In this document: positions 38,413 to 47,742 of the stretch, one piece after another
How the letters are laid out: each line of letters begins with the position of its first letter
How positions within the stretch are numbered: the first letter of the stretch is position 1
Source of the DNA: Clostridiales bacterium
Lineage (GTDB): Bacteria; Bacillota; Clostridia; Oscillospirales; Acutalibacteraceae
Direction of reading: 5' to 3'
Length of the DNA stretch: 64,000 bases
NCBI GenBank assembly: GCA_022801595.1
Contig: JAAWSO010000005.1
Span: 57,622-121,621, forward strand
Position numbers and translations under genes: made by a program
The notes under the pieces: generated by a model
Told to the model about the DNA's origin: nothing
What the model saw: only the letters and a program-made list of their open reading frames with translations
The model's database searches: none

Positions 38413-38505
38413 ATGCTTGTCTTTTGGCCTTTGGTTCGGAATAGTGTGGTACTGGCGGTCTATCTCTTTTTTGGGGTTTCTGCTTCTTTACCGTACATGA
38501 GCATT
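38413..38505. repeat. 93-bp direct repeat, copy A
   Basis: Hand alignment to 39951-40043 gives roughly 90 percent identity with two small indels. Long identical blocks include TTTGGTTCGGAATAGTGTGGT and TGCTTCTTTACCGTACATGAGCATT. Confidence 0.85.
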
Positions 38506-38604
38506 AATAGTAGGAGTATTTGTGCTGATTAAAACCCCAATAACAGCCATTACAGAAACGACAGTTATTGTAGCAAAACGCAACCAAAATAATAATTTTC
38601 TCAT
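38488..38604 (-). CDS. 38-aa single-TM peptide
   Basis: MRKLLFWLRFATITVVSVMAVIGVLISTNTPTINAHVR. AAGGAGG SD. 24 nt downstream of the 96-aa gene. The 3' end runs into repeat copy A. Not in the ORF track. Confidence 0.5.
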   Translation of the reverse strand: MRKLLFWLRFATITVVSVMAVIGVLISTNTPTINAHVR

Positions 38605-38628
38605 AGAATTTCCTCCTTGTCATAATGC

Positions 38629-38919
38629 TTATTTTTTTCTGAAAATAAATAGCTCTGCAATTTGGGCAGCAATTACTACACCACCGCTAATTAAGCAAAG
38701 TTTTGCTGTCTTGTGGTATCCCTTTTCCTTAAGAGGCACAGAACTTGCCATAAGTCCAGCTCCAGTAGCAAATGTGAGGGTTTTCCCAATAAAACGTACA
38801 GGACGAAAGCTCCATGCTTTATCCATAGATTTATCGAACACGTTTGCAGCTCCCTCCACTGTTTTCTCAATAGCGTTACCAAAATGTTCCATAGCATTTT
38901 CGAATCTTTCTTCTGTCAT
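38629..38919 (-). CDS. 96-aa small membrane protein
   Basis: AGGAGG SD. Amphipathic N-terminal half, then two TM segments (FIGKTLTFATGAGLMASS, LCLISGGVVIAAQIAELFIF). Confidence 0.6.
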   Translation of the reverse strand: MTEERFENAMEHFGNAIEKTVEGAANVFDKSMDKAWSFRPVRFIGKTLTFATGAGLMASSVPLKEKGYHKTAKLCLISGGVVIAAQIAELFIFRKK

Positions 38920-39033
38920 AATAAATTACCTCCTTAAATACATTTGGTTTGAATGGTTGTATCATCAAATAATACCTGACGAATGAATGTATATATTTTT
39001 GATAAAAGTACCTCTTTCAAGGTACTCTTATAG

Positions 39034-39675
39034 TTACTCTACAATTTCTCTTATATGCCGTTTAACAAGTTCTGTGAGTTCATTGTCAAACAAAGGTATT
39101 CCCATTGTGTCTAAAATCGCACTAAGACAGTTAAACTTATTTTCTATCTCTGTTGCAGAAGCAGGATAAACGGATGGTGATAGCCACAAATCGCTCAATA
39201 AAGAAATTAACTCGGATAATTCCTTTGCATAGTCTGTTTTAATTGATCCATCACCCTGCCCCTCCTCTATCAACTCTAACCATAACGGTGAAATCAATCG
39301 TCTATCGGTATCAATCATCCCCGCTAAGATACGAGGATTTTTAAGTACAGGAAGCGTTTGTTTACTTAACTCTGTACGTTCCACATCCTCATAATTTATT
39401 TTGATAACCTCTCGCATTTTTTCTAATCCATTTAATCCATTCCGTTTTTTTACAAGAGTAAAGGGGTTGTTATCAAAGAACATCTTCTCGCCTAAAGCGT
39501 CCATAATTTCTTCCTTTGACTTAAAGTGATGATAAATTGCACCTTTGGTAAGTCCTCCGAGTTCATTCACAATGTCTTGAATCGTTGTATTATCATACCC
39601 CTTTTCCATAAATAACCGTTGCGATACTTCCAATATCTTTTCAACGGTAATTTCAGGGTATTTATTTCGAGCCAT
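39034..39675 (-). CDS. TetR/AcrR-family transcriptional regulator
   Basis: HTH TTIQDIVNELGGLTKGAIYHHF. Start at MARNKYPEI (AGGAGG SD). Confidence 0.85.
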   Translation of the reverse strand: MARNKYPEITVEKILEVSQRLFMEKGYDNTTIQDIVNELGGLTKGAIYHHFKSKEEIMDALGEKMFFDNNPFTLVKKRNGLNGLEKMREVIKINYEDVERTELSKQTLPVLKNPRILAGMIDTDRRLISPLWLELIEEGQGDGSIKTDYAKELSELISLLSDLWLSPSVYPASATEIENKFNCLSAILDTMGIPLFDNELTELVKRHIREIVE

Positions 39676-39950
39676 AATCAACCTCCTTTTTATCATTCGC
39701 TTGGTATGTAACTACAGTATAACTCTTTTGCATTAAATTGTCAAGATACATTTGGTAGGTATCTTATTTTAGTAGTGTTAAAATTTTGAAATATGAAATA
39801 CCATGATGTATAAATGAGTGAGTGGGATTCCGCCGTAGTCGGCATTGTGGGAATGTGTATAACTGGCTATCTTATGGAACTGTGGGTAACTCCATTTTCA
39901 TAATACAGGAAATATATATTTTACATGTTATGAGAATATAATTATCCATA

Positions 39951-40043
39951 ATGCTTGCCTTTGGTCTTTGGTTCGGAATAGTGTGGTGCTGGCGGTCTAT
40001 CTCTTGTTTTCGGTTGCTTGCTTCTTTACCGTACATGAGCATT
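39951..40043. repeat. 93-bp direct repeat, copy B
   Basis: See copy A. Lies about 45 nt downstream (minus-strand sense) of the stop of the 40089-40568 gene. Confidence 0.85.
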
Positions 40044-40088
40044 GGCTGCCGGTTTATATTAAGAAATGATATACTTACAAGCTGAAAT

Positions 40089-40568
40089 TCAACTCAATTC
40101 AAAGAGAGCTTTTTCATAGTCCTTCACAAAGTATCGAATATTTGCTCTCCCTTTTTGAATAATTATATGTCCTTCCGCTTCCAGTTTTTCTTTTTGTGCT
40201 TCAACGCCACCAGGATATTTTACGTTTAACTCACCGTTTGCCTTTAATGTTCTCCAATAGGGCGTCTCATCATCAGAACGCTGATGGCTTGCCCATGCAG
40301 CAATAGACACAAAAATCCCCGCTGTGATTGGCTCTGCAAAATCTGCCCTGTTCAATTTAGCAAAGTATTCTCGGATTTTCCCAACTGTTATTACTTTACC
40401 ATAGGGGATTTGCTTCATTACTTTGTCATAATCAATAGGTGGTGCAAAATACATTCTGCTCCCACCGTATTTCTCAATGCTTTTTGGGTCTGTAACGATC
40501 TCGATCTTGGGCATGTCTTTACTGTCATGCAGCATGGCATTGAAATCTTTTTTGTCCTCATTAGCCAT
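40089..40568 (-). CDS. MGMT-family (alkyltransferase DNA-binding-domain-like) protein
   Basis: About 159 aa. GKVITVGKIREYFAKLNRADFAEPITAGIFV...PYWRTLKANGEL resembles proteins annotated as MGMT family. No active-site PCHR motif seen. AGGAGGTGA SD. Confidence 0.5.
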   Translation of the reverse strand: MANEDKKDFNAMLHDSKDMPKIEIVTDPKSIEKYGGSRMYFAPPIDYDKVMKQIPYGKVITVGKIREYFAKLNRADFAEPITAGIFVSIAAWASHQRSDDETPYWRTLKANGELNVKYPGGVEAQKEKLEAEGHIIIQKGRANIRYFVKDYEKALFELS

Positions 40569-40655
40569 GTTTATCACCTCCTACGTCCATTATAATTTAA
40601 GCTTACTGTGCTATGCAATGAGACTGTTTTAAAAACCCCAAATTTTTCGTTCATG

Positions 40656-41834
40656 TCACTGCTTAAACGCCGCCATGACCACAGCTCCGTTCCGGTTGTT
40701 CAGCCGGATATATCCTCCATGCTTTTCACAGAGAATCTTGCAGATATTCAGCCCCATACCGAAATGTTCATTGTCTGTTTCGCTTACCGTTTTGTAAAAT
40801 GGTTTCGTGGCGTTTTCCAAATCTTTCTCGGCAAACCCAGTTCCGTCATCCAAAACCATCAGATATAGGTATCCATCAGATGAGTCTACGGAAACCGCTA
40901 CCTTTTCTTTTGCAAACCGCACTGCATTGGCAAGCAGATTTTCAAATACCCGCTGTACGATGGCTGCGTCCACATGTAGGTCAGCACCCTTATCTACCAT
41001 ACATTCACATGAAAAAACCTTATTCCCGCATACGGCTTCTCCTGTTTCCTGAAGCTGCTCATAAAGCGTGTCCATATCAATAAACTGCCGGATAATTTCA
41101 ATATCCTCCAACCGCTGCAGATCGCCCATGGTTTTCACATACGCTTCTAATCTTATGATATGCTGGTACATAATTTCTGAAGTGCCGCTCACTTTTTCCG
41201 GCGACATTTTCGGTGCATATTGCCGCAGCAGCTCAATTTGCCCCTTCAAAACTGTCAACGGTGTCCTTAGATCATGGGAAAATGCCGTGTTCAGTCGCTT
41301 GCGTTCTTCCATCTGCCTCCACATTTCCTCATTACTTTCCTGCAGAGCCTCACGCATTTTCTCAAAAGAGGCACACAGCTTACCCATTTCGTCGTCTTTG
41401 TTATAGACCACTTTGAAATCCAGATTATTGTCTGCAATCTGCCCGGCGGCGTGATCCAGTATAGCAAGCGGCTTTTGTAGCTGTCGCCGATAAAATAGGA
41501 CGCTGGTTCCGACAATACAAACGATAAAACAAATCGGATAGACGGCTATACTGAAAAAGCTCATTGCATCATCCAAATGCTGTTCAAGCGGTGTAAAGTA
41601 GGAACGCAGATCCCTGGTGAAATATCCAATCAGATGCCCTTTCTCAATCGCTATTTCTTTATGTGTGTCTTCATAAATTTCCTGATATTTGTTATATATC
41701 CGCGACTGAACAAACTGGCATGTGTTGGACAACAGTAGGGAAAAGAGAATCGCCGTAAAGATACATCCCAGCATGTACCATACAAATATGGTCTTAATGG
41801 ATCTTTTGTAGAAGAAATTTTTTATTTTGCCCAT
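40656..41834 (-). CDS. sensor histidine kinase (2 TM, HAMP, HisKA, HATPase_c)
   Basis: H-box FSHDLRTPL. N and G boxes (NLLANAVRF, DDGTGF, GMGLNIC). Confidence 0.9.
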   Translation of the reverse strand: MGKIKNFFYKRSIKTIFVWYMLGCIFTAILFSLLLSNTCQFVQSRIYNKYQEIYEDTHKEIAIEKGHLIGYFTRDLRSYFTPLEQHLDDAMSFFSIAVYPICFIVCIVGTSVLFYRRQLQKPLAILDHAAGQIADNNLDFKVVYNKDDEMGKLCASFEKMREALQESNEEMWRQMEERKRLNTAFSHDLRTPLTVLKGQIELLRQYAPKMSPEKVSGTSEIMYQHIIRLEAYVKTMGDLQRLEDIEIIRQFIDMDTLYEQLQETGEAVCGNKVFSCECMVDKGADLHVDAAIVQRVFENLLANAVRFAKEKVAVSVDSSDGYLYLMVLDDGTGFAEKDLENATKPFYKTVSETDNEHFGMGLNICKILCEKHGGYIRLNNRNGAVVMAAFKQ

Positions 41835-42496
41835 TTATACCCCACACCCCAGACTGTTTCCACATACGGCTTTGCTCCTGCCGCTGCAAGCTTTATGCGG
41901 ATGCGGCGGACATGTTCAGCTACAACGGAGGACTCTCCTTCACTGTCATAGCCCCAGACAAGTTCATAAATCCGTTCCTTGCTGAATATCTGTCCCGGAT
42001 AGCCGGACAGCAACTCTATAATATCAAATTCCTTTTTCGCAAGGGAAATTTCTTCACTGTCAAAGTACAAGCGTCGTTCTGTATAGTCGATTGCCAGTTT
42101 ATCGTCAAACCGCACTTTTGGCGTGTCTCCTCTGCGGCGTTCCCGCCTGAGATGTGCGGCCACCCGCGCTCCAAGCTCATCCAGCGAAAACGGCTTTACA
42201 ATGTAATCATCCCCGCCCAGGCCGAAACCTTTGATCTTATCACTATCTTCCACCCTGGCAGTTAAGAAAAGAATCGGGCAGTTGACAAAATTCCGTATCC
42301 GGGAGCAAACCTCTAATCCATCTATGTCAGGCATATTGATATCCAGCAGAATCAAATCTGGCTGTTTTCCCGCCTTATTGATTGCTTCCTTGCCATTGGT
42401 CGCTGTTATTACATCGTAATCGTTGTACATAAAGTAATCTTCCAGCGTGGAAACAATATCCACTTCATCGTCCACAATTAAAATCGTATCCCTCAT
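41822..42496 (-). CDS. OmpR/PhoB-family response regulator
   Basis: Receiver domain (ILIVDDE...DLILLDINMPDIDG) plus winged-helix output (VETVWGVGYKW). Overlaps the kinase gene. Confidence 0.9.
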   Translation of the reverse strand: MRDTILIVDDEVDIVSTLEDYFMYNDYDVITATNGKEAINKAGKQPDLILLDINMPDIDGLEVCSRIRNFVNCPILFLTARVEDSDKIKGFGLGGDDYIVKPFSLDELGARVAAHLRRERRRGDTPKVRFDDKLAIDYTERRLYFDSEEISLAKKEFDIIELLSGYPGQIFSKERIYELVWGYDSEGESSVVAEHVRRIRIKLAAAGAKPYVETVWGVGYKWAK

Positions 42497-42705
42497 TTTG
42501 CGCACCTCCCATATATCAACTTTAACTTATCTTGCAATCTTCAACATTTTATCTACTTTTATTTTATGCAGATCCGCCTTTTCCATTCTGAAAGGATGGT
42601 TTTCAAGATGTTCCTTACAATTATAAACGCTTAAACACACAAATTACAAATCTTTTTGAACATAGCAAGGAAGGCTGCTCTGGAAAGAGACAGCCTTCCT
42701 TCACC

Positions 42706-43461
42706 TTAGTTTGTTATGCTCACTTCAACATGGCTTGCAAATAGCTGATTATAGTAGTAGTTGCCTTCCAAATAGTTGACATACTTCAAGAAGTTCACCT
42801 TGGCAATCGTACCGGATTCCCATCCAACAGCTTCTGCATTCGGTTTATCCGCGTTATAGTGAAACAACTCCCCATCACTCATCTATATCTCTGAATCCGC
42901 GTCAAAGATAACCGTTAATTGGGCTTTATCCGGAAAAATACTGTTAGTAGCCGGATCTGTTACAATAGCCTTAAACCCTTCACCCTACCACTCAACAAGT
43001 TTCACATATAGCTCCTCTTCCTGAGTCAAAAAATAAACCTGTTCAACAGTGATATCCCCACCCGACTGCTTATCGTTGTTCATCAACGGAGTAGCAAACA
43101 CCAGAATGGCGATCACGCGGCTGGCCATCAGTGTAGTAGAAGACACTGGCATGCTCAGTAGCAGATCATTATCTTTCCCACCGAATACTACGCCCTTCAC
43201 CGCAAAGGTCGTAAACAGCAGTCTAACTACTAGCGCAGCTATACCCATAAAGATGAAAACCAACACTTCCATATGTGAAGGAGCCAGCACTTTCATCAAC
43301 ATATAGCTGTAGAGTCCCGACAGGTACAAACCCAAGAAAGCGATAATGATAACAGCTCCCATCCCTGTAGCCGCTTTCTTCTTGTCGCGCCCTTTGGAAT
43401 TGGTGGATGAGAGAAGCATGGACTGGATACTGACTTTTAGCAGGACAAGAAATTGGTTCAT
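42706..43461 (-). pseudogene. truncated ABC exporter permease joined to an unrelated, stop-riddled C-terminal fragment
   Basis: Begins MNQFLVLLKVSIQSMLL (ATGA overlap with the ATPase stop) with three TM segments. It changes abruptly after ATPLMNN to soluble sequence (GDITVEQVYFLTQEEELYVKLVEW stop GEGFKAIVTDPATN ... stop ... NYYYNQLFASHVEVSITN). Confidence 0.55.
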
Positions 43462-44170
43462 CTCTCTCCCCCCAGTTCCAGAAAAACATCTTCCAAGGAT
43501 GAGTCCCCGACCAGTTCCGCCGTGGAACCGCACCGTACCAGTCTTCCATTTTTGATAATGGCAATCTGATTGCACAGCTTTTCCGCCACCTCAAGCACAT
43601 GCGTGGAGAAAAATACCGCCGATCCGTTTTGACACAGTTCCGCCAGATAGCCTTTCATTAAATGTGCGGCAGTTGGATCCAGACCCACAAAAGGTTCATC
43701 CAGAATCAACAGCTTTGGTCGTCGGATGAAAGCAGAAATCAAGGCCAGTTTCTGCCGCATTCCATGAGAGTAACTGCCAATAGAAGAACCCAGATTTCCA
43801 GTGAGTTCAAAGGCATCAGAATATTTCTCAATATCGGCAGTGCGCTGGTTTGCAGGCATGTCGTACAAATCGGCAATGAAGTTGAGAGAGTCAATGCCTT
43901 TCATGAACTCATAAAGATCTGGATTGTCCGGGAGAAACGCGGTAATGCGCTTGGCTGCTACCGGCTCTTTTTTAATATCGTGGCCATCAATTGTGATGGT
44001 TCCTTCACTGAAGTCCATCACTCCTGCCACAGCTCGAAGCGGGTGGTTTTGCCTGCCCTGTTGTGACCAATAAAGCCATATATTTCACCAGACCGGATAT
44101 GAAGCGTCAGGTCCTCCACAGCTTTCTTCCCGCCGGGATAAGTTTTTGAATAGCGTTCAATGTGAAGCAT
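43458..44170 (-). pseudogene. ABC transporter ATP-binding protein, frameshifted in or after Walker A
   Basis: MLHIERYSKTYPGGKKAVEDLTLHIRSGEIYGFIGHNRAGKTT, then a frame change into (L)RAVAGVMDFSEGTITIDGHDI... Signature YSHGMRQKL and Walker B LLILDEP are intact. Confidence 0.75.
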
Positions 44171-44210
44171 AAATAAATCTCCTCTCGCCAAAGAAATCTT
44201 CCCTCATCCC

Positions 44211-44439
44211 CTAAACGATTTCAGACAAGCCTGCTGCAAGAATAAGAATGGCTATGACCCCCATTCCAGTTCCAATCGTTCTGCATAGTTTCTTTTCATC
44301 ATATTTGACCTTTTCCTCTTTTGATGCCGCATTATATGCTTCTATGACCAGAAATTAAAATAATGGAAATCACCGCCAATATAAAAAACACAATCCAAAT
44401 AATCCAATCCGGGTCATATGATATATCCGCTAACTTCAC
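44211..44439 (-). pseudogene. DUF3784-like small membrane protein, disrupted
   Basis: The GTG-start frame VKLADISYDPDWIIWIVFFILAVISIILISGHRSI stops, and YNAASKEEKVKYDEKKLCRTIGTGMGVIAILILAAGLSEIV continues in another frame. Confidence 0.55.
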
Positions 44440-44455
44440 AATGCTGACACCTCCT

Positions 44456-44890
44456 TCAATTCCATCGTTTAAACACGATGATCTCTGAGTCTTCCCCGTA
44501 ACCGCTATACTCAGATACCATCAGATGCGTTTCATCCGCAATAATTCCATAGCACCTGTCGCTGCCCTTTTTCTGCAGTTGGTTTCCGAAATAAATTTTG
44601 TTGTCGTCCCAGAATTTAACAATCTGGCCGTTTGGAAGGGAATACTCAATATTGGCAAAAGAGCCTTTCAGAGCGTTTAGCTCTGTTACTTTTTCCATAT
44701 CCGGAATATCAAGGGCATTAAATGCTGCCATCAATCTCTCCTTGAATCTGCAAAGCTCATCCTCGCCTTTTTTACAGCACAGTGCAACCATGCATTCTGC
44801 GCCAAAAGGACGGCCATCTGTTGCAGCACACCCTTTGCAGCCACTGCTCCATTCACAATTCTCACAATCAATTCCACAAATCGATCCCAT
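44456..44890 (-). CDS. cysteine-rich DUF3795-like protein
   Basis: 144 aa. N-terminal CGIDCENCEWSSGCKGCAATDGRPFGAECMVALCC pattern. Confidence 0.45.
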   Translation of the reverse strand: MGSICGIDCENCEWSSGCKGCAATDGRPFGAECMVALCCKKGEDELCRFKERLMAAFNALDIPDMEKVTELNALKGSFANIEYSLPNGQIVKFWDDNKIYFGNQLQKKGSDRCYGIIADETHLMVSEYSGYGEDSEIIVFKRWN

Positions 44891-44931
44891 GATTTTAATC
44901 CTCCGTTTCTGATTTTGTTTTTTACGGGTAA

Positions 44932-45388
44932 TTACAGCCTTCTGATTGGAAAAAACATATAGCCTTTCCCGGTCTGCGGGCAGGTAAAATCATAAACAGC
45001 ACCAACCAGCAAAATATCATTCTCCTCCAGATATTTAATTACCTCAGAGAAGGTGCTGTCATTTTCACGTTCCACATAAATGTATTCGTAGCCTGGAATT
45101 CCTCACTTTGTCCAGCCGTCGGCGGCCTCTGCATCGTCAGTACACTCTACCCCTGCGAGATAAAGCCCTTTACTGAAATTCTTCCATGGACCGAAAGATC
45201 GTGTGAAATCAGATTGCCCCCCAGATTCCACTGATGTTACCGTTCTGATCCTTCTTGGCTAAATGCTGAACTTCTCGAAAATGGGAGTTGGCTTCATCCC
45301 ACAGCTTTTGAATAAACCCTGCACCGTCTAAAGATGAACCTTCTTTGCCAATTACCACAAAGGACTCTTTTTCGCATCTTTCGATTTG
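44932..45388 (-). pseudogene. GyrI-like (AraC effector-binding fold) protein remnant
   Basis: The frame QIERCEKESFVVIGKEGSSLDGAGFIQKLWDEANSHF...DGWTK (TGA) GIPGYEYIYVERENDSTFSEVIKYLEEN... has an internal TGA near 45104. There is no start codon; a TAA lies immediately upstream. Confidence 0.55.
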
Positions 45389-45787
45389 TTATTGTTGCTC
45401 CAATCCGCTTGTCTAACCGCCACTGGTGCAGTACCAGCTGATGTAAGTTTCATCAATAAAGTATTCTTGCGAAGTCCCGGAAACCTTGTATATCCAATTG
45501 CATAAGCCACTTACCTCGCCTTTGATCCATGCCCGTATCCTAGATGTTCTGTTTTAATAGCTTAGTATAACAGATTTCCAGTCATCTTGCGTAGCACTTC
45601 AAGCCCATCTAATGATAGCTTTCCCTATGGCGGCTAAATTCTGAGATTACAGGCAAGCCCAGAAGGGAAGTTGTCCCCTCTGGGCTTACAAAAATTTATC
45701 ACACAAATGAGTCTATCCGGCTGAGTAATGAGACTTTTTCTGATTGGTTAGACATATTTTGTGCCGCTCCACCCCCCCTTTATCAAA

Positions 45788-46165
45788 TCAGTCTTCCCAT
45801 ATAGGTTCGCCTACTTGGTAATTGGATTTGCCATCGGTCTTGTCGGGAGCGACGTTGTGCTGATCCGGTTCTTCCTTCTGGTTTTTGGAAGACTGTTGAT
45901 TGACGGTGCCATTATCTACCGGCTCGTCCTCACCTTGCGGATACTCTTGTCCGTCAACCCATTCCGGTACAAGCTCAGGAACACCATGCCCCGACATCTT
46001 GTGCTGATCAGGATTCTCTAGTGCAAGTTCATTAGAATTCTGCTGCACGCCTGTCTGGGTCTGCTTCCCGCTTTGGTCATCCTTTTTATCATCCGTGCCA
46101 TTGGTGCAAGCAGCGAACGACAAAATCATAACTGCGGCTAAACTACAAAGTAAAAATTTTTTCAT
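45788..46165 (-). CDS. small secreted lipoprotein, low-complexity
   Basis: MKKFLLCSLAAVMILSFAAC lipobox. The mature part is rich in D/Q/G/K/P. GGAGGAA SD. Confidence 0.65.
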   Translation of the reverse strand: MKKFLLCSLAAVMILSFAACTNGTDDKKDDQSGKQTQTGVQQNSNELALENPDQHKMSGHGVPELVPEWVDGQEYPQGEDEPVDNGTVNQQSSKNQKEEPDQHNVAPDKTDGKSNYQVGEPIWED

Positions 46166-46185
46166 ATTGGATTCCTCCATTTCAT

Positions 46186-47010
46186 TTAGTTGAGTATGGA
46201 TATATTGGCGTCTCCCCTGATGATGGAGGCAACAACCTTCAATATTTCATCCTGCTCTATCTGCCAGCCCACAACCTTATATCGGATTCCATCTAACTGG
46301 AATTCCGCGGTGTAAAGCTCTGGCGAAGTCTCTGATGCAGGCTGAACACCGAATGTTACGTTCGTCCCACTGATATCAGTTGTCTGACGTTCTGATTCCG
46401 GTTCCACATACACACACGACGAAAGCTCTCCAACTTTGCCCGCTTGCACGGAAATCCCCTTTACATAGCCAGTCTCCTCGAACAGCTCAGGTGAGCCATC
46501 CTCGTAATACCCCGTATAGAATCCCAGCGTCACCAAATCAGATACAATTGTCCCGTCCTTTGTATAGATCACTTCAGCACTGTTGTTATACCGAGAAGCA
46601 ATCAATCCCTCCGGAAGATATGCTGGCTGCAGCTCTTTGCCGTAATACTCAGAAATATCCGCAACATTCCAGCTGCACACATCATACTCATCCGTGTCAT
46701 ACCATACCTCCTTTTCTCCTATGCTGCTGATGGTATTGCTGTGTATCGAACTCATATCCAACAGAAAATTGTCAGACTCTTCTGGGACTTTTTCAATCGG
46801 ACCGGGTGGCTGGGTGACAGGTGGCGCCGTATTTCTCAGAGAACCGGCAATGCCGATTACTGTGCCAACCAGTAACATAAAACAGGCAGCTATACCAACA
46901 TATTTACTGAAGAAGAAAGGTCTGGCTTTCTTTAGCTGTTTTACCTCAGCTTCCTGAATGAATTTCTCATCCACGAAGCCCATGCCAGTCAAAAGATCTT
47001 TTCCATTCAT
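46186..47010 (-). CDS. membrane-anchored putative anti-sigma factor
   Basis: 274 aa. Short cytoplasmic N-terminus, one TM segment (VGIAACFMLLVGTVIGIAG), extracytoplasmic domain. Start overlaps the sigma-factor stop. Confidence 0.55.
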   Translation of the reverse strand: MNGKDLLTGMGFVDEKFIQEAEVKQLKKARPFFFSKYVGIAACFMLLVGTVIGIAGSLRNTAPPVTQPPGPIEKVPEESDNFLLDMSSIHSNTISSIGEKEVWYDTDEYDVCSWNVADISEYYGKELQPAYLPEGLIASRYNNSAEVIYTKDGTIVSDLVTLGFYTGYYEDGSPELFEETGYVKGISVQAGKVGELSSCVYVEPESERQTTDISGTNVTFGVQPASETSPELYTAEFQLDGIRYKVVGWQIEQDEILKVVASIIRGDANISILN

Positions 47011-47567
47011 ACGGTTACATCCTCCTTCTTCAAAAACTCTTTCAGCATATTTCTTGTGCGGAACAGCGTCGTCTTCACCTTGCTCTCACCGATGCCATAT
47101 CTTTCAGAGATACTATGGATAGAATCGGTATACCAATAACGCCGCATAAAAATCAACCGCTTTTCCTCTGACAGACTGGAAAGGAATTGATTGATGAGCT
47201 GCCCGATTTCTTCTCCGCGCCGTTCTTCATCAATCTTTGAGGATGGATCCGGAATGCACATCTCCATTTCATCCGTCAGTGCAACCAGCTCGGCATTTCG
47301 CTTTTTTGCATTTTTCCAATCCATTTTTCCAAACGAGATGTATCTGCAAATCCTTGCAATGTAGGCAAAAAAGTAATTCGGCCTTTTCGGAGGGATTGTA
47401 TTCCATGTTTCAAAAAGTGTATCGTTTACACTCTCTTCCGCATCTAAATGGCTGTTTAAGATTTGCATCGCAAGGTGATGGAGTCTTGTACCATACTTCA
47501 TTTCGGTTTCGTGAATCGCCATCTCGCTGCGCTCCCAAAATAGCTGTACGATCTCCCGATCCTCCAT
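47007..47567 (-). CDS. ECF-type sigma-70 family RNA polymerase sigma factor
   Basis: 186 aa. Region 2 (DAEESVNDTLFETW) and region 4 HTH (SIHSISERYGIGESKVKTTLFRTRNMLKEFL). Confidence 0.85.
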   Translation of the reverse strand: MEDREIVQLFWERSEMAIHETEMKYGTRLHHLAMQILNSHLDAEESVNDTLFETWNTIPPKRPNYFFAYIARICRYISFGKMDWKNAKKRNAELVALTDEMEMCIPDPSSKIDEERRGEEIGQLINQFLSSLSEEKRLIFMRRYWYTDSIHSISERYGIGESKVKTTLFRTRNMLKEFLKKEDVTV

Positions 47568-47742
47568 TATTACCTCCTTCCTTCAGGTTGTAGAGTGTCC
47601 TCTCACCCTTATAGTGGGAAAAAGGTGACCTGTGGTTACACTTCCTGAGGAAAAAATTGAATTTATCACTATCGTAGTCTGTGTATATAAAGGGGAAGCG
47701 AGAAATCTGATTAATACCAGGTTTCCCGCTCTCTTTAGATAG

